Shown piece by piece: positions 17,135-25,785 of a stretch of 64,000 nucleotides of DNA; position 1 is the first letter of the stretch; each line of letters begins with the position of its first letter. Location of the stretch: the IMG/VR virus record IMGVR_UViG_3300005253_000053. One strand, 5' to 3'. The DNA comes from a virus (Duplodnaviria; Heunggongvirae; Uroviricota; Caudoviricetes). The notes beneath the pieces were generated by a model. The model worked only from the letters and a program-made list of their open reading frames with translations, was not told where the DNA came from and did no database searches. Made by a program: the position numbers and the translations under genes.

Positions 17135-17827
17135 TCAGTCCAGGCTCCACCCGTGTTTGATAACGTCCATTGTGTAGGCTGCCCCATGGGTGAACAGGCA
17201 GTCCAGGACTGACATGCGTTCTTGGAATCCAGGATATATCTGGGGGTACGAATGGCAACGAAATCTTTGAAAAACTGCTTGCAAGTTGTGCTGGCGGGCG
17301 TGGTCCGGGAGAAGCCGCTGCTTGAATGCCGAACTGCTCAGGATCACCCGGCCACCCGCCGCGCGGGCGACGTTGAGCGAGAGCGTGAGGAAATCGTCCG
17401 TATCGAGGCTCAGCACCTGGGACGAGTGCGCGATCCGGGTCTTGATGCCCAACCAGTCCCGGATGAGCAGGATCAGCGTGTAGTTGAGATCGAAGACCGT
17501 GGCCGAGGTCTTCAGAGCTTCCCGGATCTCCGGCGCGTACTCTTTCCAGTACGCGGTCTCGCCGTATGTCCCGGCCAGAAGCATCCAGGCCATCTCGATC
17601 TCGTGGAACGGCCGGAGCCGCGCCTCGGCGACCCGCTGCTGGGCGACCTGATTGACCGGGATGACCAGCCACGTCCAGTCGGACTCGGTGCGGATACGGT
17701 TCCGGTTCTGGAAGTGGCGCTTGCGAAAGTAGGTTGTATCGGTGAGGACGAACAGATCCGCGTGCAACAATTGATTCCAGAATCCTAACCATGGGATGAA
17801 CTCTGGTTGGTGGACGCCGACGATCAC
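17135..17827 (-). CDS. WbqC-like family protein (O-antigen/sugar-modification associated)
   Basis: N-terminus (M/V)IVGVHQPEFIPWLGFWNQL matches the WbqC-like family start (MKVAI.QP.F.PY.GYF). GTG start with GGAAGGG upstream. Confidence 0.65.
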   Translation of the reverse strand: MIVGVHQPEFIPWLGFWNQLLHADLFVLTDTTYFRKRHFQNRNRIRTESDWTWLVIPVNQVAQQRVAEARLRPFHEIEMAWMLLAGTYGETAYWKEYAPEIREALKTSATVFDLNYTLILLIRDWLGIKTRIAHSSQVLSLDTDDFLTLSLNVARAAGGRVILSSSAFKQRLLPDHARQHNLQAVFQRFRCHSYPQIYPGFQERMSVLDCLFTHGAAYTMDVIKHGWSLD

Positions 17828-17959
17828 ACGAACCCTTCCGGCGCTCTGGCGACACCTGCGCCCACGCCTCCCGGAGTGCGGTGATGATACTAATTATTGT
17901 GTGCCAAAGAAAAACGGGGACCCCGGCCGAGGTCCCCGCTATATCCGAATGGGGTTGAG

Positions 17960-18346
17960 TCACGCAAAAACAGGCGCGGCCATCTCTGGACGCACCACAA
18001 GCCTCTCGATGCCAATCACTCGACCCAAGTCGGCAGCCTTCTGGGATGCGAAGCGTGCAACGCGCTCGTTGGCTTCCCTGGCGATCTCCGCACTGAGTTG
18101 ATCGATATCCAGGCCGGGGAGCGACTCGACTCCCAGCGACTGGGCAATCTGTCTCGAAAGGTGCGCGGCCGACCACACGTCCGGCGTGGGCGCAGGCAGG
18201 CCAACGTAAATCTCAGCACCTGGGGCCAGGGCTTCGGCCATGGAGAACTGACCCAGCGCATCCTCAGGGCTGTCCGCGAAGATAGGCGTCCACGGACCCT
18301 GGGCGAACTGGGAAACGAGGTAGTCTCTGTATGCTGTCCGGACCAT
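17960..18346 (-). CDS. hypothetical protein
   Basis: Start set at MVRTAYRDY (AGAGGAG upstream), 128 aa. Confidence 0.45.
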   Translation of the reverse strand: MVRTAYRDYLVSQFAQGPWTPIFADSPEDALGQFSMAEALAPGAEIYVGLPAPTPDVWSAAHLSRQIAQSLGVESLPGLDIDQLSAEIAREANERVARFASQKAADLGRVIGIERLVVRPEMAAPVFA

Positions 18347-18360
18347 CGGGGCACTCCTCT

Positions 18361-18382
18361 GACACACAACATATTGTGTGTC
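18361..18382 (-). other. 5'-UTR hairpin
   Basis: GACACAC-AACATATT-GTGTGTC between the promoter and the ATG of 17960..18346. Confidence 0.3.
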
Positions 18383-18396
18383 GTGCCTTTGATACA

Positions 18397-18425
18397 ACAA
18401 TACGATGCGCGTTAGGGTATGTCAA
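18397..18425 (-). promoter_or_regulatory. sigma70-type promoter TTGACA-17-TATTGT
   Basis: mRNA-sense TTGACATACCCTAACGCGCATCGTATTGT. Perfect -35, 17-nt spacer, good -10. Confidence 0.45.
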
Positions 18426-18457
18426 CGATGAGTTGGGGACAGCCTGTGGACAATTGC

Positions 18458-18487
18458 CCTAAGTGCATAGGGGAAGTGCACTTAGGG
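18458..18487 (-). terminator. 10-bp GC hairpin after gene 18504..19058 (no U-tract)
   Basis: CCTAAGTGCA-TAGGGGAAG-TGCACTTAGG. Confidence 0.25.
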
Positions 18488-18503
18488 AGGTGAGAAAATT
18501 TTG

Positions 18504-19058
18504 TCAATCTGACTCGGTATGTCGAGTTTCCGCTAAGGTCCGGATGTCGTCCCTCTCACCGGGGGATACAAAATCCAGTCCCAACTCCTCGAACAGGCTC
18601 TTCTCACAGGGAGTTACGAGCTTCACATCTTCACGCTTCAAGCCCGACGCACCGAACTTCAGACCCTTGCTGCCCGCGAAGACCTCTATCATTTTGACAA
18701 ACGGGACCGGCCCGTTGGCGTGGAGCATGGCCGCGCCCAGTTGCTCGGGCGGGATCACCAACCAGGAGACGTTCCCGTCCTCGAATTCGACGTAGTCGTA
18801 GATCTTGAACTTCTTGATCTTGCAGCCAGTGAACTCAACCTCGGCCCGGGACTTGATCTGAGAACGCACGTCGCCGGAGTCGGCCGTCTCGCTGAGAACG
18901 CCTACCACGCATAGCTGCTTCACCTGGGCCTTCTCCGGCAGGCGGTACAGTTCCCCGCACGGGAACGTCTCGATCACGCCGGTCCCCGCCATGCACGACA
19001 TGATCCGTGCCGCGAGCGACTCAGCGCGCTCGCGGCTCCAAGTTGTCTTAGCCGCCAT
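18504..19058 (-). CDS. hypothetical protein
   Basis: Start set at MAAKTTWSR (AGGAGGA 8 nt upstream), 184 aa. The N-terminal extension in the track ORF overlaps the class A promoter. Confidence 0.5.
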   Translation of the reverse strand: MAAKTTWSRERAESLAARIMSCMAGTGVIETFPCGELYRLPEKAQVKQLCVVGVLSETADSGDVRSQIKSRAEVEFTGCKIKKFKIYDYVEFEDGNVSWLVIPPEQLGAAMLHANGPVPFVKMIEVFAGSKGLKFGASGLKREDVKLVTPCEKSLFEELGLDFVSPGERDDIRTLAETRHTESD

Positions 19059-19082
19059 CGGTGTATCCTCCTGTCCCACCCT

Positions 19083-19112
19083 GTATATCGGATTGGGCGG
19101 GCAATTTCCCCA
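19083..19112 (-). promoter_or_regulatory. class A promoter motif (variant with 25-nt SD leader)
   Basis: plus: ctgtatatcggattgggcgggcaatttcc. Confidence 0.5.
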
Positions 19113-19173
19113 ACTTTTCTGCGACCTTGCCGGTTTGACATTCGCCAAGGCGAGGAGGTATAACGACTTGACC

Positions 19174-19563
19174 ATGGCTTACGGCATCGGACTACGTATC
19201 GAAGGGCACGACTGCGGGAACGCCGCGATCCTCCGCGACGAGGAGGCCGTCCAAGAACTGCTGGTGACCGCGATCCAGGTCGCAGACATGACCCTGCTGG
19301 CCGGGCCGTTCTGCACCGAAGAACTGACTCGGGACATCGGCAAGGGTCCCGGCCTCACAGCCTGCGCGATCCTGTACGAGTCCCACGTTGTCATCCACAC
19401 CTATCCGGAACAGCGGTGGTTCCTGTTCGAGATGACCACCTGCAAAGAGTTCGACTCGGTCCGTGTCGTCAATCTCCTGAGAGCCTGGGCCGACTGCAAG
19501 ACGGTCACCGACTGCACCGTCGTGGGCCACATGTTCCCCGAACCCGTTGAAGCGAATGGCTGA
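19174..19563 (+). CDS. speH: S-adenosylmethionine decarboxylase proenzyme (pyruvoyl-dependent, SpeH/SpeD class 1)
   Basis: GPGLTACAILYESHVVIHTYPE matches the AdoMetDC self-processing Glu-Ser site and the following HT(W/Y)PE block. Start set at MAYGIGL. Confidence 0.65.
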   Translation: MAYGIGLRIEGHDCGNAAILRDEEAVQELLVTAIQVADMTLLAGPFCTEELTRDIGKGPGLTACAILYESHVVIHTYPEQRWFLFEMTTCKEFDSVRVVNLLRAWADCKTVTDCTVVGHMFPEPVEANG

Positions 19564-19825
19564 TCTCCGCGAAACCATGCGCCGCGTCATGTGCCCGCTC
19601 ACCGAGCGTATGACACCCACATCCGTCGTTGGGCTGGCCCGAGCACACAGGCTGGCCGTCTCGGACGCTGAGGTGGTTGTGGACGAATACGGCAAGGACA
19701 AGATCACGCTCTTCCTGACGCAGCCCACCGAAGACAAGTACATCCGGGCCTTCAAGCGCGACCTGCGTAAACGCGATCCCCAAGCCGGTCAGGTCACCGT
19801 CCGAAGCCCAGGCGCAAGAAGGTAA
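19557..19825 (+). CDS. hypothetical protein co-oriented with speH
   Basis: ATGA overlap with the speH stop, 89 aa. Confidence 0.35.
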
Positions 19826-19830
19826 CCGCG

Positions 19831-21885
19831 CTACTTCGGTTTTTTGACCCTCGGGATATTCAGGTTCCCCGCGTGGTACTCCTCAGCCGCGATCAACATC
19901 GGTGCCCACTGGAGGTAGCCCGCCCGCGTGCGCGGGTCCTGAAAGAACTGCTTGTAGTCGCCGGGCTTGTACGCATCGACGTTGAACAGCCGGGACTCCG
20001 GAACGGTGACCGTGGTCCTGAGCGGGCTGTCGTCATCCCATCTGTACCGCCGAAACGACCGCCGCTCACGGAACCAGCGAAAGATGGCCTTCTTCGCCCA
20101 GGGCTGCCACTTGTCAATCTTGGCGATGTAGCCGGGACCTGGATTGCCGTACGGCTTGAAACGCTCATGCCGGTAGTCGCTCCGATTCCGCCAGTCACCG
20201 TCCAGGCGGTTGTTCTCTTTCTCCGCCTCCTTTTCCTGCCAGAGGCCGTCCTGGCCGATGACCACGCTGCCCGTCTTCAGCGATTCGTTGCACTTCCGGC
20301 GGTACGCCTCGAAGTCCGGACGCTCGCCCTCGTACAGCGTGTTGGAATCGTCGTAGACAAGTTCGAGGGCCTGCCCGAAACCTTCGGCACTCCAGAGCTT
20401 GACCGGAAGGTGCGGATGTAGAACATCGGAGCGGTCGAACAGACCTTGGACGATCAGCGCGATCCGGTTGTAGTGCTTGACCCGGTCCTCGACTTCCTTG
20501 AGCGCCTCGTCGAAGTACACGGAGGTGGAGTTGAACGGCTCCCACTCGTTTTCCCTGAAGCTGCTATGGAAATGCGTCTCGAAGTACCCGTCGTACGGAG
20601 CCTTGTCGAGAATATCCCTCCGCTCTCTTATCTGAAATTTGTTGAGATTGTGGGAGCTTTTCCGCAACCGCTTCGGCATGTTCTCTTTGAGCCACTTCTT
20701 CCGCCCCACCAGATTCCGTTTATGCGCAGCCTCAGCATCTGCGTGTTCCTTGCAGAGCGCCTTGAACTCACGGACCGGGATCATCTCCTCCACCTTGTCG
20801 AAGCTCATCTTCGCCATCATCGGTTCGGTCGGGTCGAAGATCTTCCCACTGGGAAACAGCATCAGCCCGAACTCCAGGTCGCACCCCATCCAGTAGACGC
20901 GCTCCCCATTTCGGATGTACAAGTAGGTTTTCTTGTCGGCGTTTTCCAACCCCATGTGGATAAATATCTTCTTCGGATCGCCGCCCCAGTCGCGCGCTTT
21001 CTTCTCCCGCCGAACTTTGAACGACACGATGCAGCGAGGGAATGGGAAGACCCGGTTCAAGTTCTCCGGCTCGCACAGCCATTTGTCGAACTTGTCGAGG
21101 CTATCAAAATCCATCCCACCAAGCTGGTAGTTGAGCAAGCACTCCTCGTCCATGTATAGGCGGCGCTGCATCAGATACAGTTTCTCGGAGATGTCAGCAG
21201 GCTCGCCCTTCTGGATCTGTTTCACGTCTTCAGTGAGACCTGCGTAGATGCTGACGTTGAAGATCCGATCCTGAATGTCATCGACGCAGGATTTCATTGC
21301 GCCTGCCATGGCCTCAAGCGGAACGGCCTCGGCCGACAACCACATCGCTAGGTTTTCATTGGCGCTCCTAATCTCGCTAAACAGTTTCGGAAGGTCCTCA
21401 TCCTTTGCCTTGACCAGCGCATTTTCGTACTTCTTGACGTTGTCGGTCCCGGAGAGCGTAACCAGGGCAGTGCTGGAAGACTCGCTGCGCTCTTCAATAC
21501 CGATCCGGCTACTCACACCCAGCCGGGCCGTGAGGGCTTTCACTTCGGCCATCTTCTCTTCGACCAGAGCTTTGTACTTGTGGACATTCCTACCGATTAC
21601 ATCCTTGGGCTTGGGCTCGTGACGCAGTTCATCGAAGAAGTCGTCGAAGTGAACCCGGCAGTGGCTCTGACCCTGGTGACCTCTCGGAGAATGAAGCTCG
21701 ACGTAGTTGGACCCGATCTCTGTGATGCAACCGAGCCACTCGTACTCGTAATCTTCGTATTTGTCAGTCTCTTCGTTGTACCTACTCTTGGTGTGCTTCA
21801 CCCAGTACCACTGACCGACCTCGGCACCACCTTCGGTGTCGAGGCGGTCAGTGACGGGATTGCGCTTGGCGACTTGCTTGGCCAC
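19831..21885 (-). CDS. large hypothetical protein (684 aa), operon partner of the GHKL ATPase
   Basis: K/R/W-rich, no recognisable motif. Its start lies 2 nt after the stop of 21887..23356. Confidence 0.6.
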   Translation of the reverse strand: MAKQVAKRNPVTDRLDTEGGAEVGQWYWVKHTKSRYNEETDKYEDYEYEWLGCITEIGSNYVELHSPRGHQGQSHCRVHFDDFFDELRHEPKPKDVIGRNVHKYKALVEEKMAEVKALTARLGVSSRIGIEERSESSSTALVTLSGTDNVKKYENALVKAKDEDLPKLFSEIRSANENLAMWLSAEAVPLEAMAGAMKSCVDDIQDRIFNVSIYAGLTEDVKQIQKGEPADISEKLYLMQRRLYMDEECLLNYQLGGMDFDSLDKFDKWLCEPENLNRVFPFPRCIVSFKVRREKKARDWGGDPKKIFIHMGLENADKKTYLYIRNGERVYWMGCDLEFGLMLFPSGKIFDPTEPMMAKMSFDKVEEMIPVREFKALCKEHADAEAAHKRNLVGRKKWLKENMPKRLRKSSHNLNKFQIRERRDILDKAPYDGYFETHFHSSFRENEWEPFNSTSVYFDEALKEVEDRVKHYNRIALIVQGLFDRSDVLHPHLPVKLWSAEGFGQALELVYDDSNTLYEGERPDFEAYRRKCNESLKTGSVVIGQDGLWQEKEAEKENNRLDGDWRNRSDYRHERFKPYGNPGPGYIAKIDKWQPWAKKAIFRWFRERRSFRRYRWDDDSPLRTTVTVPESRLFNVDAYKPGDYKQFFQDPRTRAGYLQWAPMLIAAEEYHAGNLNIPRVKKPK

Positions 21886-21886
21886 G

Positions 21887-23356
21887 CTACGCTTCCTTGA
21901 ACTCGACCGGGAAGATCTCCGGCCGCTCCAGTGCGATCATCACCAGCTTCGCGCCCAGGCGCGTGCAGGCGTTGTAGTACCCCTCCGACAGGTGGTCGCT
22001 CTCGAACTCGTGAGCCAACTCGTGGATCACCAAGTCGGTCACCTTCTCCAGGTTGTCCGGGAACGCCTGGAACCACGCCCGTCCCAGGCGTCGCAAGTTG
22101 AACCGCAGATGCTTGCTGCCGTAGCACGCACCGTAGTTCTGCGGGTCGCGTACAATGTCGACCTCCGGCTCGAACCCCAGGAGCGCTTCGCCAACACGCT
22201 TCGTGTAGGCAATGATGGCCGTCATCTCGGACGTGAGATTCTTGACCCTGATGTCATCTCCATCAGCAGAGAAGATGGCCTTGCTGGTCGGGAACAAGAC
22301 CGAGGACGGCTCCATCGTCTCGAAGCGCTTGGCGTTGCCCCACTCTCCTGAACTGAGCGAGCCGCCCGCCAGGACCGAGAAGCCTTCCGACACGCCACGG
22401 CTGTTGGCCTCGGGGTCCTGTACAGACCAACTGGCGATGTCGTCCCCGTGCCGCTTGTGGATGACCTTGTCGAACGCCTCGGCCTCGATGTTCTCGTCGG
22501 ACGTGGCTGCCCGCACCCAGGCCGCGCCCGCATCGTCGTCTTCCAGTTCCTCGTGGAAGTTATTGACGATCTCGACGCGAAGTGCCTGAAGGTAGGACGG
22601 ACTCACGCTGTCACGGTCGCGCGGCAGCGGGACCTTCTGCTGGACATCGACATGCCACTTGTCGTCGGGCAGGTCACAGACGGGGATGCCCAGTTCGTAC
22701 AGACGCGGCGTGTCGCCCTCTTCAACCTCGTAGAGGACCACGCGCGTCTTGCGCCGGGTGCGACGCATATTGCCTTCATCGTCAGCAAGCTCCGTGGGGA
22801 GCGTGGCCGAGAACTCGCCCACCCTCTCAAGTATGGAGAGAGTCTCGCCGTTGATGATCGTGTGTACGCCTTCCGGCTGGATCACCGTGAACAAGACTTC
22901 CAGGGCTTCGGCGACCTCGTCCTTGTTCATGTAAACGTCGCCCTGGAAGATCGTGCCTCGCTCCAGACCCACGGTGCGCTTAACGCGACGCTGGCCGTCG
23001 GCCTTGAATGAAACGGTGCCCGTCACGGTCTCGATGACGGCACTCTTACAAAGCGAAAGGACTTCCTTTTCGCCGATGCAGAACCGCCCGCGCTTGCGCG
23101 GATCGCCGCGCCTTGATGTCCTCCCGTACAGAGTGTAAGAAGCACTCAAGTCCTCAAACCCGCGCGGGTCGTTGTCCGTGACCCGAATGTGCGCGAGGCC
23201 ACGAGACACGTGCTCGAACTCGACAAGTACATCGGTCGCGTCCGTGTCCCACGCATTGCCCAAGAGTTCCAGCGGTAAGAACGCTGACCCCCTTCGCCGG
23301 GCAACCTGGGCCAGCCCGGCCTTGTCCACCTCAAACCACTCGTTCTTCTTCGCCAT
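21887..23356 (-). CDS. GHKL-family ATPase with C-terminal HELAHE metal-binding motif
   Basis: Bergerat-fold motifs: N-box LELLGNAWDTDA, G1 VTDNDPRGF, G2 RGRFCIGEKE. C-terminal VIHELAHEFESDH (HExxH), reminiscent of zincin or the MutL DQHAxxE endonuclease motif. Confidence 0.6.
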   Translation of the reverse strand: MAKKNEWFEVDKAGLAQVARRRGSAFLPLELLGNAWDTDATDVLVEFEHVSRGLAHIRVTDNDPRGFEDLSASYTLYGRTSRRGDPRKRGRFCIGEKEVLSLCKSAVIETVTGTVSFKADGQRRVKRTVGLERGTIFQGDVYMNKDEVAEALEVLFTVIQPEGVHTIINGETLSILERVGEFSATLPTELADDEGNMRRTRRKTRVVLYEVEEGDTPRLYELGIPVCDLPDDKWHVDVQQKVPLPRDRDSVSPSYLQALRVEIVNNFHEELEDDDAGAAWVRAATSDENIEAEAFDKVIHKRHGDDIASWSVQDPEANSRGVSEGFSVLAGGSLSSGEWGNAKRFETMEPSSVLFPTSKAIFSADGDDIRVKNLTSEMTAIIAYTKRVGEALLGFEPEVDIVRDPQNYGACYGSKHLRFNLRRLGRAWFQAFPDNLEKVTDLVIHELAHEFESDHLSEGYYNACTRLGAKLVMIALERPEIFPVEFKEA

Positions 23357-23532
23357 GCGCTTCTCTCCTGCAAGAAGACCATGATGAATCTTGGGAGGCA
23401 GGGTTCCCCGTCGGTTCCCTTCTCAACCTGTCCGAAAGTAGAGTACCACAGTTCTACAGATTTGTCAATGATTTTCCATAACTTTTTATATGAGTCTCCA
23501 CGGGGCGCACTACGCCACCCACATGGCTCTAC

Positions 23533-23566
23533 CATGTATATCGGATTGGACCGGCTATTTCGCCAA
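23533..23566 (-). promoter_or_regulatory. class A promoter motif (about 175-nt leader to GHKL gene)
   Basis: plus: catgtatatcggattggaccggctatttcgcc. Confidence 0.5.
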
Positions 23567-23567
23567 G

Positions 23568-24257
23568 TTATTCGCCAGGGTTTTCCGGAGCGACCACAGG
23601 GGGTTTCTCAGGCGGAGCTTCCTTGGGATCTCCCGGGCTGGTCGCGGCCCGGTACGCAAGGTAGACGCCCAGGATCGCAGCCCCGATCCCACCAAGCCAG
23701 ATCGGGTTGAGGAACCATGGCACACCCAGCTTGCTGTACTTGTCGTCAGCCTTGGGATCGCCACCGTCGCCGGTTCCCTGGGACGGGATGCCCTGGCTCT
23801 GGTGGACCGGGTCCATCGACGGACGCCAGCCTCTCATCATCTCCTGGTTGATCGTCTCCAGGCCCTTCAGCTTCACGTGGATACGCTCGTTGCCAACGTG
23901 AAGCTGAAGGTCTTTCTCAAACTGCTTGATCTCACCTCGGATCTCGACGAAGACCTTCTCGTGCTCCGAGTCACTCATCCGTGATCCATTTTCGATCTCG
24001 CGGTCACGCTTCTCCAGCTTTTCTTCAAGGCGGTCCATCAGATCCTGGAGACGCTGGGCGACTCCGGAGATCTTCTTATCCAGGTCCTTACTCTCACTTT
24101 CGATGCGTGCGTAGAGCTTGCCAACTTCTTCGGTTATCTTCTTGCGGACATCGCGGTCCTCTTCCTCGCGCTCTCGACGTTCCTTGTCGATAGCCTCGCG
24201 AAGAGCCCGCTCCTTCCGCTCGATCTCGTCTCGGCGTTCTCGTTCTTGTCCGTCCAT
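23568..24257 (-). CDS. coiled-coil protein with C-terminal transmembrane helix
   Basis: Start set at MDGQERERRDEIERKERALRE. E/R/K heptad-rich. C-terminal VPWFLNPIWLGGIGAAILGVYLAY. Confidence 0.5.
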   Translation of the reverse strand: MDGQERERRDEIERKERALREAIDKERREREEEDRDVRKKITEEVGKLYARIESESKDLDKKISGVAQRLQDLMDRLEEKLEKRDREIENGSRMSDSEHEKVFVEIRGEIKQFEKDLQLHVGNERIHVKLKGLETINQEMMRGWRPSMDPVHQSQGIPSQGTGDGGDPKADDKYSKLGVPWFLNPIWLGGIGAAILGVYLAYRAATSPGDPKEAPPEKPPVVAPENPGE

Positions 24258-24540
24258 GGTTAGTCTCGCAGGACACAGTCGTCCCCGCCTCGGATTCGAT
24301 TGTAAACGAGATGGAGCCGCACGCCAACCGAAGAGATTATGTTGCGTAAGTAAGACCTTGCTTTTTACGGTCGGCGTTGATCTTGGAAATCTCTTTGTGG
24401 CGCTGCCGACCCTCGGGAGTTTCCTTCCAGGGCGTGCATCCGCCAACGCACCAGTCCGTGTCGACCGCCAGCTTGAGGCTGGCTTTGGCAAGAGCCGCAC
24501 GGGCCTCGTACCCTCCGAAGAGGGTGGAGTTGAGCATTCA

Positions 24541-24598
24541 CGTAGGCCGCAGACACCGTAGACAGCGAAGAAAATCTTCCCACGGTAGTCTGGCGGCC
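24541..24598. other. long imperfect hairpin (about 15 bp stem with 2 bulges)
   Basis: GGCCGCAGACACCGTAG...CACGGTAGTCTGGCGGCC directly 3' of the stop of gene 24610..24870. Confidence 0.35.
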
Positions 24599-24609
24599 TG
24601 CGAGAGCAT

Positions 24610-24870
24610 TCAGTGATCGCCGTTCGCCGAGATAGCGCCGATCTGGCTCAAGACCGTCTCGACGGTATCGGCAACGATCCGGCGGACCGCCCGAGCCTGC
24701 TTGCGCGTCAAGTCGGGCTTGCCTTTGCTCGTGGTCTCACGACGCACGGTCGCAAGCGAAATCTTCTCGATCCTGCTCTGCTGGGCATCGTCGAAGACCG
24801 GTTTCCGTCCACGCCGCTTCTTCTTTTTCCGGGCCATAGCTTTCCCCCCTACAGGTTTGTGCACATCCAT
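24610..24870 (-). CDS. small basic protein (possible DNA-binding)
   Basis: MDVHKPVGGKAMARKKKKRRGRKP..., 86 aa. An alternative start at MARKKKK (24837) has a GGGGGGAAAG SD. Confidence 0.45.
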   Translation of the reverse strand: MDVHKPVGGKAMARKKKKRRGRKPVFDDAQQSRIEKISLATVRRETTSKGKPDLTRKQARAVRRIVADTVETVLSQIGAISANGDH

Positions 24871-24877
24871 GTGCAGG

Positions 24878-24912
24878 ACATACCTGTATTATCGGATTGC
24901 GGGAGCAATTCC
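24878..24912 (-). promoter_or_regulatory. class A promoter motif
   Basis: plus: catacctgtattatcggattgcgggagcaattcc. The motif ATG is out of frame with the CDS here. Confidence 0.55.
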
Positions 24913-24946
24913 TTTAAGGAAAAATGGTGTAAAAATCCTTTTCTTG

Positions 24947-25164
24947 CTACTTTCCGCCGCAGGCCCGGGCTGCGTTGGCCACCGTGACCACCTCACGGAC
25001 CTTGCGAATCGCCACGGTCTGGTCGGCGCTCTCCGGCGTGTGGTCCCGGATAATCGTGGCGAACGTCTTCCCCGCGTCCCGGATCAACTTGTAGGCGACG
25101 ATGTCTTCGTCGTCCGGCGGGTGGTGGGTGAACCAGTTGTCCAGCATCTCGTCAGTGATCACTT
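24947..25164 (-). CDS. hypothetical small protein
   Basis: GTG start with AGGAG 8 nt upstream and a GTGA overlap with the upstream stop. Confidence 0.35.
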
Positions 25165-25785
25165 GATTACTCCTCCTAAAGTTTCCCAGTAGGCTCCGGG
25201 GATTCCATCCTCCGGATCGGGCCACTCCCAGTAGGCCCAAATCTTCCGCCAGTCCGGATGCGTCTGATCCATCCGCCGCTCGGCCATCTCTTTGGCCACC
25301 TCCGGACTGGTTAGGTGCACGGCGGTGCTCGACCAGACCGACTTCCCGTTCTGGTTGTCCGTGATGTCCAGGTACTCGCTGCCGTCGGGACGCTGCTTAC
25401 AGTCGACCGTGTAGCGCGTCGTCAGCCGAATGGCCCAGTTCGTCGTGCCCGTCTCTTCCGGGTAGAGGACGTGACCGCGCTGCGCGCCCCGGTGGCCGAG
25501 CAAGATGCGCGCCTCGTCCTGCTTGGCTATGAACCACCAACCGAGCGGCAGTCCGATAACGTACAGTCCGCCAAACTGAGAGGGGATGCGCAGGAAACCG
25601 CACTCATCGAACGCGTCCGTATCGTTGGTCCGATCCGTGTGCAGTTCCACCAACGGTGCGCATGTGTCGAAAGCGGCCACCCCGTCGTGTGCCTGGAACG
25701 CATAGTTAATCGCTCCCGGCGGAACGCCTGTGAACAGGGCGATCTTGGTAAGACGATCTGGCGGATTGGCCACGGCAACACTCAT
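25159..25785 (-). CDS. hypothetical protein
   Basis: 208 aa ORF. Confidence 0.5.
   Translation of the reverse strand: MSVAVANPPDRLTKIALFTGVPPGAINYAFQAHDGVAAFDTCAPLVELHTDRTNDTDAFDECGFLRIPSQFGGLYVIGLPLGWWFIAKQDEARILLGHRGAQRGHVLYPEETGTTNWAIRLTTRYTVDCKQRPDGSEYLDITDNQNGKSVWSSTAVHLTSPEVAKEMAERRMDQTHPDWRKIWAYWEWPDPEDGIPGAYWETLGGVIK

Noticed and set aside
17109-18176. 355-aa minus-strand ORF overlapping the WbqC-like gene
   Set aside because: Wrong frame: R/P/G-rich junk translation. The WbqC-like frame has a family-typical N-terminus.
19795-19850. Terminator between convergent speH island and the 684-aa gene
   Set aside because: Only a 6-bp stem with a 27-nt loop before the T-tract (CTTCGGTTTTTTG), and the stops are 6 nt apart. 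Too weak to call.
23146-23535. 129-aa ORF starting at a class A motif ATG upstream of the GHKL gene
   Set aside because: Arg-rich. It overlaps the well-supported GHKL gene (which has its own SD) out of frame. At most a short leader peptide.
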